From: Candidatus Accumulibacter propinquus
GTDB taxonomy: Bacteria > Pseudomonadota > Gammaproteobacteria > Burkholderiales > Rhodocyclaceae
Reading direction: 5' to 3'
Assembly (NCBI GenBank): GCA_016714935.1
Contig: JADKBU010000012.1
Location: 11,304-75,303, forward strand
DNA: 64,000 bases
The notes under the pieces are model-generated. The model saw only the letters and a list, made by a program, of their open reading frames with translations, was not told the DNA's origin and did not search any database. Shown here piece by piece: positions 47,233 through 56,689 of the stretch. How positions within the stretch are numbered: the stretch's first letter is position 1; each line of letters starts with the position of its first letter. The translations under genes and the position numbers were made by a program.

Positions 47233-48510
47233 ATGCAGACCCATGAAGCCCGCAGCCTGCTGCGCAAGATGTTCGAGGCGGCGATCGCCGCCGCTCAGCC
47301 GGCGCAATGCGTCCCGCAGCACCTGCCGGAACCACCGCGCGGACGACTGATCGTGATCGGCGCCGGCAAGGCCTCGGCGGCGATGGCCAGGGCCCTGGAG
47401 GAGACCTGGTCGGGCGAGCTGTCGGGAGTGGTGGTGACCCGCTATGGCTATGCCGTTCCCTGCCGGCGTATCGAGATCGTCGAGGCGGCCCACCCGGTAC
47501 CGGACGCCGCCGGAGTCGCCGCAGCACAGCGCATCCACGCCCTGGTGCAGGGACTCGACGCCGACGATACCGTGCTGTGCCTGATCTCGGGCGGCGGCTC
47601 GTCGCTGCTCGCCCTGCCGCTCGCAGGGCTGACTCTGGCGGACAAGCAGGATGTAAACCGAGGCCTGCTCAAATCCGGCGCCTCGATCTCGGAGATGAAC
47701 TGCGTTCGCCGCCACCTCTCGGCGATCAAGGGCGGGCGCCTGGCCGCGGCCTGCCATCCGGCGCGCGTGCTGAACCTGATGATCTCCGACGTGCCGGGCG
47801 ACAACCCGATCGACATCGCTTCCGGTCCGACGGTTGCCGACCCCAGCACCTGTGCCGACGCCCTGGCGATCATCCGCCGCTACGGCATCACCCTACCGCC
47901 GGCGGTACTCGACATCCTCGAAAGCGGCCGCGGCGAGTCGATCAAACCTGGCGACGCACATCTGGCCAGAGTGGAGACGCGCCTGATCGCGACACCCCAG
48001 CTGGCGCTCGAAGCCGCCGCCGGGGTGGCGCGCCAGGCCGGCGTGGCGGCGCACATTCTCGGCGACGCGATAGAAGGCGAGGCACGCGACGTCGGCAAGG
48101 TCATGGCCGGGATCGCAATGCAGGTCGCCGGCCGCGGCCAGCCGTTTACCACGCCCTGCGTCCTGCTCTCCGGCGGGGAAACGACCGTGACGGTGCGCGG
48201 CAACGGGCGTGGCGGACGCAACGTCGAGTTCCTGCTCGCACTCGCTGTCGCGCTGGGCGGCCATCGCGGCATTCACGCCATCGCCGGCGACACCGACGGC
48301 GTGGACGGGCAGGAGGAGATCGCGGGCGCCTGGCTCGCCCCGGACACCCTGGCTCGCGCCTGGGCCAAGGGCATCAGGCCGGTCGCCAGCCTGGACAACA
48401 ACGACGGCCACGGTTTCTTCGAGGCCCTGGGCGATTCGGTCATCACCGGCCCGACGCTGACCAACGTCAACGACTTCCGGGCGATCCTGGTTACCAACGA
48501 ACCTCCCTGA
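47233..48510 (+). CDS. Glycerate 2-kinase / hydroxypyruvate reductase-like protein (MOFRL family, TtuD-type)
   Basis: 425 aa, ..RLIVIGAGKASAAMARALE..LISGGGSSLL..SISEMNCVRRHLSAIKGGRLA..LLSGGETTVTV.G.GRGGRN.E..LA......AGDTDGVDG..TGPT.TNVNDFRAI. RBS AGGAGA. Confidence 0.88.
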   Translation: MQTHEARSLLRKMFEAAIAAAQPAQCVPQHLPEPPRGRLIVIGAGKASAAMARALEETWSGELSGVVVTRYGYAVPCRRIEIVEAAHPVPDAAGVAAAQRIHALVQGLDADDTVLCLISGGGSSLLALPLAGLTLADKQDVNRGLLKSGASISEMNCVRRHLSAIKGGRLAAACHPARVLNLMISDVPGDNPIDIASGPTVADPSTCADALAIIRRYGITLPPAVLDILESGRGESIKPGDAHLARVETRLIATPQLALEAAAGVARQAGVAAHILGDAIEGEARDVGKVMAGIAMQVAGRGQPFTTPCVLLSGGETTVTVRGNGRGGRNVEFLLALAVALGGHRGIHAIAGDTDGVDGQEEIAGAWLAPDTLARAWAKGIRPVASLDNNDGHGFFEALGDSVITGPTLTNVNDFRAILVTNEPP

Positions 48511-48548
48511 TCGGCGTGCCGGAGGTCCGGCAATTCGCCGGTCACCGA

Positions 48549-50003
48549 CTACATCAGCACGATGTCGTACTGCTCCTGCGAGTAGCTGGGCTCGGCCTGC
48601 AGCGAGATCGGTTTGCCGATGAAATCGGAGAGCATCGCCAGTCCTTGCGACTCCTCGTCGAGAAAGCGATCGATCACTGCCTGGTTGCCGAGCACGCGGT
48701 ACTCGCGAGCGTTGAACTGACGCGCCTCGCGCAGGAGTTCGCGCAGGATCTCGTAGCATACCGTGCGCGCCGTCTTGACTTCGCCGCGGCCACCACAGGT
48801 CGGACATTCCTCGCACAGCACGTGTGCGAGCGACTCGCGCGTCCGCTTGCGGGTCATCTCGACCAGGCCCAGCGCGGTGAAGCCGTTGACGGTCAGGCGC
48901 GTGTGGTCGCGCGCCAGCGCCTTGTTGAATTCGCTGAGAACGGCGCTGCGATGCTCTTCGTTCTCCATGTCGATGAAGTCGATGATGATGATGCCGCCGA
49001 GGTTGCGCAGGCGCAGTTGCCGGGCGATCGTCTGCGCGGCTTCGAGGTTGGTCTTGAAGATCGTGTCGTCGAAATTGCGTACCCCGACAAAGCCGCCGGT
49101 ATTGACGTCGATGGTGGTCATCGCCTCGGTCTGGTCGATGATCAGGTAACCCCCGGACTTGAGATCGACCCGCCGGGCGAGCGCCTTCTGCAGTTCGTCT
49201 TCCACCCCATGCAGGTCGAATAGCGGGCGTTCACCGATATAGTGCTCAAGCAGAGGCGCGACTGTCGGCGTGTATTCGGCGGCGAAGACCGTCAGCCTCT
49301 GAAAGTTCTCGCGCGAATCGATGACGATGCGGGCGGTCTCGGGATTCACGAAATCGCGCAGCACACGCTGTGCCAACGACAGTTCCTGGTACAGCAGGGA
49401 CGGTGGTGCGGCGGTGGTCGCCTGCGCCTGGATGTCGCGCCAGAGTTTGCGCAGGTACTCGATGTCCTTGGCCAACTCGGGTTCGGTGGCGCTCTCGGCC
49501 ATCGTTCGCACGATGAAGCCGCCGGTTTCTTCGCCGGGCACCAGCCGACCGAGTTTTTCGCGCAGTGCTTCGCGATCGGACTCCCTCTCGATGCGCTGCG
49601 AGATGCCGATGTGTTTGTCCTGGGGCAGGTAGACCAGCATCCGTCCGGCAATCGAAACCTGCGTGGACAGGCGCGCGCCCTTGCTGCCCATCGGATCCTT
49701 GATCACCTGCACGAGGATGCTCTGTCCCTCGAACAGCAGTCGCTCGATCGGTCGCACCGGCTCGTCGCTGAGGCGTGGTTCGCGGATATCGGCAACATGC
49801 AGGAACGCGGTACGGCCCAGGCCGATGTCGATGAACGCCGATTGCATGCCCGGCAGGATGCGCACGATGCGTCCGATGTAGACATTGCCGACGAAGCCGC
49901 GACTGGCGCTGCGTTCGATATGCAGTTCCTGCACGACGCCCTGGTGCGTGACGGCGACGCGCGTTTCCTGTGGAGTAAAGTTGATCAGGATCTCTTCGGG
50001 CAT
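48549..50003 (-). CDS. rng: Ribonuclease G (RNase E/G family)
   Basis: Start at ATG 50003 (MPEEILINFTPQETRVAVTHQGVVQELHIERSASRGFVGNVYIGRIVRILPGMQSAFIDIG...), 484 aa. It has an S1 domain, the IIIDFIDM motif and a CPTCGGRG zinc link. Confidence 0.95.
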   Translation of the reverse strand: MPEEILINFTPQETRVAVTHQGVVQELHIERSASRGFVGNVYIGRIVRILPGMQSAFIDIGLGRTAFLHVADIREPRLSDEPVRPIERLLFEGQSILVQVIKDPMGSKGARLSTQVSIAGRMLVYLPQDKHIGISQRIERESDREALREKLGRLVPGEETGGFIVRTMAESATEPELAKDIEYLRKLWRDIQAQATTAAPPSLLYQELSLAQRVLRDFVNPETARIVIDSRENFQRLTVFAAEYTPTVAPLLEHYIGERPLFDLHGVEDELQKALARRVDLKSGGYLIIDQTEAMTTIDVNTGGFVGVRNFDDTIFKTNLEAAQTIARQLRLRNLGGIIIIDFIDMENEEHRSAVLSEFNKALARDHTRLTVNGFTALGLVEMTRKRTRESLAHVLCEECPTCGGRGEVKTARTVCYEILRELLREARQFNAREYRVLGNQAVIDRFLDEESQGLAMLSDFIGKPISLQAEPSYSQEQYDIVLM

Positions 50004-50087
50004 GGCGGGGCGATCTGGAGAATGAGAGTAGAATTTCGCTTTACTGCATTCTACCCCGTCACGCCCCTTCCCCGGACTTCTGCCGCC

Positions 50088-51383
50088 TTGACCTGTGCCC
50101 CCGAGTTGCTCGCCCCCGCCGGTTCGCTGGCGATGTTGCGCACGGCTCTGGCGTTCGGTGCCGATGCGGTGTATGCCGGCCAGCCGCGCTACAGCCTGCG
50201 CGTGCGCAACAACGACTTCGGCGATCTCGAACTGCTGGCGCGCGCGGTCGACGAGGTGCATGCCGCCGGCCGCAAGCTCTACGTGGTCAGCAACGTCCTG
50301 CCGCACAACCGCAAGGTCCGCAGCTACCTGAACGACATGGCGCCGGTGGTCGCGCTGCAGCCTGACGCGCTGATCATGGCCGACCCCGGGCTGATCGACC
50401 TGGTTCGCGAAACCTGGCCGGAGATGCCCGTCCATCTGTCGGTGCAGGCCAACACGGTGAACTTTGCCGCGGTGCGTTTCTGGCGCAAGCTGGGCCTGAC
50501 CCGGATCATCCTGTCACGCGAGCTGTCGCTGGACGAAGTTGCCGAGATGCGCCAGGAGTGCCCGGACACCGAACTCGAAGTCTTCGTGCACGGCGCGCTG
50601 TGCGTCGCCTATTCGGGACGTTGCCTGCTCTCCGGATACTTCAACCATCGGGACCCGAATCAGGGCACCTGCACCAACTCGTGTCGTTGGGAATACCAGC
50701 TGAAGGCGGCAGAGGCGGATGCGAGCGGCGATGTCCGTGCCGCCGCTCCATCGCCGGGCCGACCCGGCGACGTGTGGCTGCTCGAGGAAAAGGAGCGTCC
50801 CGGCGAACTGATGCCCATCGACGAGGACGAGCACGGCACCTACATCATGAATTCCAGGGATCTGCGCGCCGTCGAACACGTCCGGCGCCTGACCGAGATC
50901 GGTGTCGACTCGCTGAAGATCGAGGGGCGCACCAAGTCGCCCTACTACGTTGCGCGCACCGCGCAGGTCTATCGGCGCGCCATCGACGATGCGGTCGCCA
51001 GGCGTCCGTTCGACCCCGGCCTGCTTGGAGAACTCGAGGGACTGGCCAATCGCGGCTATACCGACGGTTTCTATCAGCGTCACCATGAACATGAAATGCA
51101 GAACTACCTGCGTGGCCATTCCGAATCGGGGCGCAGCCTCTACGTCGGCGACGTGCTGCAATGGGATGCGCCGCGCCGACGTGCGCTGATCGAGGTGAAG
51201 AATCGATTCGCGGTCGGCGATCGCCTCGAAGTGATCCATCCCTCGGGCAATCGTCGGTTGGCTCTCGCCGCCATGCACAACCTCGACGGCGCTGAAATCC
51301 GCGTTGCCCCGGGCAATGGGCATCGGGTGTGGATTCCCCTGCCGGCAGAATTGCCTGGTGCGATGCTGGCGCGTTTTGTCTGA
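50088..51383 (+). CDS. yegQ: U32 family peptidase-like protein (YegQ/TrhP-type tRNA ho5U modification protein)
   Basis: ..PELLAPAGSLAMLRTALAFGADAVYAGQPRYSLRVRNNDF...ELEVFVHGALCVAYSGRCLLS...GTCTNSCRW. TTG 50088 gives an N-terminus collinear with E. coli YegQ (MFKPELLSPAG). ATG 50022 is the alternative but lies only 18 nt from the divergent rng start. Confidence 0.88.
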   Translation: MTCAPELLAPAGSLAMLRTALAFGADAVYAGQPRYSLRVRNNDFGDLELLARAVDEVHAAGRKLYVVSNVLPHNRKVRSYLNDMAPVVALQPDALIMADPGLIDLVRETWPEMPVHLSVQANTVNFAAVRFWRKLGLTRIILSRELSLDEVAEMRQECPDTELEVFVHGALCVAYSGRCLLSGYFNHRDPNQGTCTNSCRWEYQLKAAEADASGDVRAAAPSPGRPGDVWLLEEKERPGELMPIDEDEHGTYIMNSRDLRAVEHVRRLTEIGVDSLKIEGRTKSPYYVARTAQVYRRAIDDAVARRPFDPGLLGELEGLANRGYTDGFYQRHHEHEMQNYLRGHSESGRSLYVGDVLQWDAPRRRALIEVKNRFAVGDRLEVIHPSGNRRLALAAMHNLDGAEIRVAPGNGHRVWIPLPAELPGAMLARFV

Positions 51384-51397
51384 GCCGTCGCACGCCG

Positions 51398-52531
51398 ATG
51401 CCAGAACCCTCCCCGCGTCCGCACCTCTTCGTCGATATCTCGGCTCACGGTCTGGGTCATCTGGCACAGGTGGCGCCGGTGCTCAATGCGCTTTCCTGCC
51501 GTCTGGAAAATCTGCGGATGACCCTGCGCAGCGGTCTGCCGACAGCGACGCTGCAAGCGCGCATCAATGCGGAGTTTACCCATCTGGCGGCGAGCAGCGA
51601 CTTCGGCTACGTGATGCACGATGCGATGCGCGTCGACCTGGAGGCTACCGCCCGCGCCTACCGCGCCCAGCATGCCGACTGGGATCTCCGGGTGGAGCAT
51701 GAAGCGCGCCTGCTGGCCGGCCAGGCGCCGGACCTGCTGCTCAGTGATGTCTCCTACCTGCCGCTGGCCGGTGCGGCGCGCGCCGGCATTCCCGCAGTGG
51801 CGATGTGCTCGCTCAACTGGGCCGGTCTCCTGGGCCACTTCTTCGCCGCCGAGGGTTGGGCGACGGAGATTCGTCGCCAGATGCTGGCCGCCTACAACAG
51901 CGCGACTTGTTTCCTGCGACTGACCCCCGGAATGGCCATGGCCGAGCTGTCAGGGCGCCGAGACATCGGCCTGGTTGCCGCCCTGGGCCAGGACTGCCGC
52001 CAGGCGATCCGCGCGCGGTTGCGTTGTGCTGATGACGAGCGCCTGGTTTTGATCGCCTTTGGCGGCGTCAGCAAGCAACTGCCGCTGGCTGCCTGGCCAC
52101 GTGTCGCGCGGGTGCGCTGGCTGGTGCCGCAAGCCTGGCAGCTTGCCCATCCGTGTGCCAGCGATTTCGAGCCGCTGGGCCGATCGTTTACCGACCTCAT
52201 GTGCTCCGTCGATGCGGTGATTGCCAAACCCGGTTACGGCACCTTTGCCGAAGCCGCCTGCAACGGCACACCGGTTCTCTACGTGCGCCGCCAGGACTGG
52301 CCGGAACAGCACTGCCTGATAGACTGGCTGGAAAGGCATGGTCAGTGCCGGGAAATCAGCGAGGTCGAGCTGCTCGATGGCCAGCTGGAGGCCGCTCTGG
52401 AAGCCTTGTGGCAGCAGCCGGTGCCGCCGAGGCCGTTGCCCGTCGGCGCCGCAGAAGCGGCGGAGCTCCTGTTGCCGTGGCTGCGGCGGGCTGGTCACCC
52501 GCTTGCCGTGCCCGGCAAGCACTCCCGATGA
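51398..52531 (+). CDS. GT-B-fold glycosyltransferase-like hypothetical protein (MurG/UDP-glycosyltransferase superfamily-like)
   Basis: Start at ATG 51398 (MPEPSPRPHLFVDISAHGLGHLAQVAPVLNAL...), 377 aa. The C-terminal ..AVIAKPGYGTFAEAACNGTPVLYV.. resembles the nucleotide-sugar-binding loop of GT28/GT1 enzymes. It starts 14 nt after yegQ. Confidence 0.55.
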   Translation: MPEPSPRPHLFVDISAHGLGHLAQVAPVLNALSCRLENLRMTLRSGLPTATLQARINAEFTHLAASSDFGYVMHDAMRVDLEATARAYRAQHADWDLRVEHEARLLAGQAPDLLLSDVSYLPLAGAARAGIPAVAMCSLNWAGLLGHFFAAEGWATEIRRQMLAAYNSATCFLRLTPGMAMAELSGRRDIGLVAALGQDCRQAIRARLRCADDERLVLIAFGGVSKQLPLAAWPRVARVRWLVPQAWQLAHPCASDFEPLGRSFTDLMCSVDAVIAKPGYGTFAEAACNGTPVLYVRRQDWPEQHCLIDWLERHGQCREISEVELLDGQLEAALEALWQQPVPPRPLPVGAAEAAELLLPWLRRAGHPLAVPGKHSR

Positions 52532-52563
52532 TCTCGAAGGGGTCTTGCCGTCAGCACGGTAGC

Positions 52564-52573
52564 GGGGGGGGGG
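52564..52573. repeat. G10/C10 homopolymer abutting the stop codon of the Cache-domain gene, in a 42-nt convergent intergenic gap
   Basis: Counted directly (agc-GGGGGGGGGG-tta). TTA at 52574-52576 is the reverse-strand TAA stop. Confidence 0.9.
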
Positions 52574-53125
52574 TTACAGCGCCGGATACTTGGCGGGATC
52601 GGACATCTTTTCGAGAACCTTGCCCAGTTCGGCGATGGGTATCGATTCATCGTAGACCCCGGCGCTGACCTGGATGCCGGCGGCAAACGAAACGTCCGCC
52701 GCCAGGGCGTACGACACCTTGCGAGACAGTCGCCCGGCACCCGGCTTCTGCCACATGTACTCGACCCAGCCGCCACGGGCTTCGTTGCCGGCCTTGCACA
52801 AATCCTTGAAGATCGGCTTGCCGGTGTTGTCGGTAATCTGCATGATCGGCTTGCCGACCAGATCAGGCCGCATCGGATGCGCGATCATCCGGTCCTTGCG
52901 ACAGTCATACACGAAGACGTAGCTGTCCTTCCATACCCACTTGCTGTCCCGCTGGTTGAAGTCGGCATACGACGACGCGCCCCGGTCGTGCAGCAACCTG
53001 GCCGCGGCGCGGACCTTGGTGATCGCCTCTTCTGCCGTTGCCACTTCCGCCTCTGCCGGCGCGGCGCGGACCGCTCCGCACGCCAGCAAGAGTCCCATCC
53101 AACCCAGCATTCTCAATAATTTCAT
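52574..53125 (-). CDS. Secreted stand-alone Cache-domain protein (sCache_2-like)
   Basis: Start at ATG 53125 with AGGAGA RBS. It has a signal peptide (MKLLRMLGWMGLLLACGAVRA), then ..KWVWKDSYVFVYDCRKDRMIAHPMRPDLVGKPIMQITDNTGKPIFKDLCKAG...GGWVEYMWQKPG...KVSY. No transmitter domain is attached (183 aa). Confidence 0.7.
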   Translation of the reverse strand: MKLLRMLGWMGLLLACGAVRAAPAEAEVATAEEAITKVRAAARLLHDRGASSYADFNQRDSKWVWKDSYVFVYDCRKDRMIAHPMRPDLVGKPIMQITDNTGKPIFKDLCKAGNEARGGWVEYMWQKPGAGRLSRKVSYALAADVSFAAGIQVSAGVYDESIPIAELGKVLEKMSDPAKYPAL

Positions 53126-53217
53126 TACACTGCTCTCCTGTTGTCTCTGTTCAAAGGGATCGGGAGTGACCGCTGCAGTCACCGTTCCGTGGTGTTCGCC
53201 AGCAGCGGCAACCTCGC

Positions 53218-53781
53218 CTAACTGATCCAGGGCTTGCCGACCGGAAGGATATCCCGACCAAACAAATCGACGTAGATGATGTGCGCCATGATGTACCAGG
53301 CCATGGCTGCCGTTGCCATCAGCTCATAGCCAGCCACGACCGTCAGGTCGGGATAGCCGAAATGCGCCAGGTCGAGCAGAATGAAGCCGATCAGCAGCAG
53401 CGTGAACGTCAGCGCCAGCGCACTGCTTACGCGCATGGCACCAATCCACAGGATTGCAGTGAACAGCGTCCAGGCTACCAGAAACCATCCGACGTCGGTC
53501 TTGCTGGAGGGGTAGAGGTTGTAGTGGTTACCGATCAACAGCAGTGCCAGAGCGATCCAGAAACAACCGTAGGCGGTAAACGCGCAATAGCCGAAGTTGT
53601 TTCCGGTCTTCATTTCCTGGAGTCCGGCGATCATCTGTGCCAGTCCTCCGAAGATCAGCCCCAGCCAGACCACCGGGCCCAGCCCCATCCAGCCGACGTT
53701 GTGAAACTGCAGCACCATTGTCGTCAAGCCAAATCCTGCCAGACCAACAACGGCCGGATTTCCCAGCTTCTGCTCTGCCAT
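53218..53781 (-). CDS. satP: GPR1/FUN34/YaaH family acetate/succinate channel
   Basis: 187 aa, MAEQKLGNPAVVGLAGFGLTTMVLQFHN...FGYCAFTAYGCFWI..., six TM helices. Typical SatP/YaaH. Confidence 0.88.
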   Translation of the reverse strand: MAEQKLGNPAVVGLAGFGLTTMVLQFHNVGWMGLGPVVWLGLIFGGLAQMIAGLQEMKTGNNFGYCAFTAYGCFWIALALLLIGNHYNLYPSSKTDVGWFLVAWTLFTAILWIGAMRVSSALALTFTLLLIGFILLDLAHFGYPDLTVVAGYELMATAAMAWYIMAHIIYVDLFGRDILPVGKPWIS

Positions 53782-54059
53782 GCACTACCCCCTGTATGAT
53801 AACGGCAAATTCGGCGGCAAGCACTCCCTGCCGCCCGATGGAATTGACCTTCCCGGGCTCTGCCGGAGCGAACCCATGCCGAAGGCGAGGCGGATTGTAC
53901 AGGGCACCTTGCAAAACCGGCAAACCGGGGGCAGATGCGCGATTCCAGGCACTGCTGAAGGGAAAAGTCAATATCCTTGAGGTCTTCTTGCAGACACCGG
54001 GGCCGTGTGCCGGTCGGCCGATTGTTGGGCAGGCCTGGCCAGGCAGCGGCGCGCGGCGC

Positions 54060-55403
54060 TCAGCGTGAACGCGCGAGATCGAAGTCGGCGCTGTTGCGTT
54101 CGTCGATGAACAGGCTGGCCGGTTCGGCGGGCTGACCATTGCGGCAGGTGACCACTACATTGGCCAGTACCTGTTTCTTCTGCAGGACCTCGACGGCGCA
54201 GCGACCATAGACGCTCTCGATGGTCGCCAGCAGATTGCGCGAGTAGGGTGTGGCGAGAGCGCTGTCGAGGATCAGGTTGGCAATCAGCAATCCCTCGGGT
54301 TCCAGCACCCGCCGCGTCGCCAGCCAGAATTCGCGAGTGACCAGATGGCCGGGGATCGAGGAGTGCGAGCCATAGACGTCCACGATCGCCGCGGCAAAGC
54401 GCTGTTCGCTGCGGATCACGAAACGGCGCGCGTCGTCGGCGATGAACTCGCCGCGCGCTGCTTCGCCAAGGAAATGTTTTTCGGCAATGCCGCGGACCGC
54501 CGGGTCAATGTCGACATAGGTGTAGTGATTACTGGGCTCGCGGTGTGAAAGCGTGAAGCCGCCGGCACCGAGAACCAGGATCCGGCGCTCACGGAAACCC
54601 AGTTCATCGAGCAGCAGGCTGCGGATGTGTCGGATATAACGGGCGTAGAGCGGCGGCTCGGAGTCGTCAATCAACGAGGCGAAGGAACTGTTGTTCTTCA
54701 AGGCGCGCCCGTTGATCGCTCCCTCGTATTGCACCGGCAACACCAGATAGCTGGCGTAGGCGGTTTCAATCTCGGGACGAAGCCAGGCATTGGCGACCCC
54801 GGTCAGACTGGCGACGGCCAGGCTGATCACCACCGTCCGCCAGCCAGGTCCGCGCAGCAGCGTGTATCCGATGACCAGCAACAGGGCGCAGAGTGCGACG
54901 GCTGCCGAAACGCCGAGCCATTGCATGACCAGCAGCGACAGCGACAGCGAACCGAGGAAGGAACCGAGGGTCGAGTAGTACAGCGCCTCGCCGCTGGCCT
55001 CGCCGGCGCGTTCGCGAAGCAGCAGGTTGGTCAGAATCGGCACGGTTTGCCCGAGCAACCAGGCGATCGGGCAGAGCACGCCGGCGACGAGGAGCAGGTA
55101 CGCAAGTTCCGGCGGCCGCAGGGCCGTGAAGAGCAAATCAACGCCAATCCCTGCCAGTCCGATGCCGACGAGCAGCGCGGCGAGCAGGAAGTTCTTCGCC
55201 ACCACCTCGATATACCCCTCGTCGATCTTCGCGCCGGCGTGGTAGCCCAGCGCCAGGGCGAGCAGAAAGAAGCCGATGGTTGGCGCGGTCACCACGATCG
55301 AACTGCCCAGGTGTGGAATGATCTGGCGCAGCGCGATGACCTCGGCGCCGAGCGAGCAGAACCCTTCAATGAAGACGATGGAAAAAAGCAAGAGGCGTGA
55401 CAT
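54060..55403 (-). CDS. Membrane-fused spermidine-synthase-like methyltransferase-fold protein
   Basis: Start at ATG 55403 (MSRLLLFSIVFIEGFCSLGAEVIALRQ...), 447 aa. It has an N-terminal polytopic domain (~210 aa). The C-terminal SAM-MTase/spermidine-synthase-like fold includes ..RILVLGAGGFTL..YTYVDIDP..IADDARRF...AAIVDVY....IPGHLVTREF. Confidence 0.7.
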   Translation of the reverse strand: MSRLLLFSIVFIEGFCSLGAEVIALRQIIPHLGSSIVVTAPTIGFFLLALALGYHAGAKIDEGYIEVVAKNFLLAALLVGIGLAGIGVDLLFTALRPPELAYLLLVAGVLCPIAWLLGQTVPILTNLLLRERAGEASGEALYYSTLGSFLGSLSLSLLVMQWLGVSAAVALCALLLVIGYTLLRGPGWRTVVISLAVASLTGVANAWLRPEIETAYASYLVLPVQYEGAINGRALKNNSSFASLIDDSEPPLYARYIRHIRSLLLDELGFRERRILVLGAGGFTLSHREPSNHYTYVDIDPAVRGIAEKHFLGEAARGEFIADDARRFVIRSEQRFAAAIVDVYGSHSSIPGHLVTREFWLATRRVLEPEGLLIANLILDSALATPYSRNLLATIESVYGRCAVEVLQKKQVLANVVVTCRNGQPAEPASLFIDERNSADFDLARSR

Positions 55404-55493
55404 GGGCAAGGGTGGGCGTGGCGCCGGCGGAGGTGAGCCGGCACTATAACCCAGCACGGTCCCGGTCCGGCGCTCACCCGGACGCCGCAGCGC

Positions 55494-56387
55494 TTAGTGG
55501 CGGGGCTGCTCCAGCCAGCCGCCCTGGCCACCTGCCGCGTCTTCGCTGAGGCCTCCCGGCAGGACTTCCGGTGGCAATTGCAGGCGGTGCAGCAAGGTTT
55601 CGCGGCTGATGTGCAACAGATTCTGGACGGCGGTGAGGTCGTCCGGTATCGCCGGATCGGTCCAGCCACCGGTCGAATGGCGGGCCAGGTTTACGGCCAG
55701 CTTCACATTCTGCACTCTTTGCAGGTGGGCCTTGCCGTCGTCCATCAGGGTGGTCAGCAACTCCGGCAGGTGCCAGGCATGGCAGAGCGCCAACTGCAGG
55801 TCAGCCAGCGGAAAACCGAGGACCTCCTGTTGGGCACTGGCGCTGCGCAGCGTCCGGTCGGCCTGCAGCCGGCTGCGAATCTCGATGGCCAGATGCGGCG
55901 CGAAACACCACAGCAGGATCTCGGCGATGTCGTTCAGCAGTGCCGCGAGAGCCACCTCCTCGACGTTCATGTCGTGTCGCGCAAACGCCCACTCATGCGC
56001 ATAGTGCGAAGCCCGCTGGGTGCGCAGAATCACCTGCACGACGCCAAGCAAGGCTTGCGGCTGACCACTGAGCATGGTTTCGAGCGTGCGCGGTTGGTCG
56101 AACTTGCGGAAAAACGGGTCGATGCCAAGCATCATGACCGCGCTGGCGATATTCGTGATGTCACTCTGCAGGCGGCGGTGGCTGGCTTCCTGGATGTAGG
56201 CCAGCACGCGAATGGCCAGCAGCGGATCCTGCAGCACGATATCGGTGATGTCGCGGCCGTTGACCCGGTCGATTTGCTGGCGGGCGTGGTCGAGGCGACG
56301 GGCAGTCTGGCGCAGAATCGGCATCTCCGCGCTGCTCAGGAATGTCACCCAGCCTGCGAGGTCTCTTGGCATTGGCTTGTCGCACAT
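55494..56387 (-). CDS. HDOD-domain protein (stand-alone)
   Basis: ..MPILRQTARRLDHARQQIDRVNGRDITDIVLQDPLLAIRVLAYIQ...ASAVMMLGI...HYAHEWAFARHDMNVEEVALAALLNDIAEILL. The ORF opens with TTG 56402. ATG 56387 is preferred. The start is uncertain. Confidence 0.75.
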   Translation of the reverse strand: MCDKPMPRDLAGWVTFLSSAEMPILRQTARRLDHARQQIDRVNGRDITDIVLQDPLLAIRVLAYIQEASHRRLQSDITNIASAVMMLGIDPFFRKFDQPRTLETMLSGQPQALLGVVQVILRTQRASHYAHEWAFARHDMNVEEVALAALLNDIAEILLWCFAPHLAIEIRSRLQADRTLRSASAQQEVLGFPLADLQLALCHAWHLPELLTTLMDDGKAHLQRVQNVKLAVNLARHSTGGWTDPAIPDDLTAVQNLLHISRETLLHRLQLPPEVLPGGLSEDAAGGQGGWLEQPRH

Positions 56388-56689
56388 GGATGTCGCCTTC
56401 AAGAAGGGCGTCCGAAGAACGCGCCGGCCGGTACTTCCTGCCGTTGCACTGTGTCAAGCAAACGGGTATGGCGCTAAGAGAGCGCCCCGAATGGGCAAAG
56501 GTGTCCTGCCATGACCGCTCACCCTGCCGACCTCTCCGCGACTCTCATGACAATGGTAGCCGCAGCCTCCAAACCCTGCAAGCGCAGTTCGTCACGGTTG
56601 CCAGCATACTGGTCGAGCCTGGCGCCTTATCAACGAGGGTATCGCCCGGGGTGATGCCCTCGCTCTGCCGGTTAACGACTGCCGGCAGA

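Noticed and set aside
48517-48530. A hairpin GCCGGA-GG-TCCGGC between the glycerate kinase gene and rng, considered as a bidirectional terminator.
   Set aside because: The stem is only 6 bp with a 2-nt loop, which is sterically poor, and there is no flanking T/A tract.
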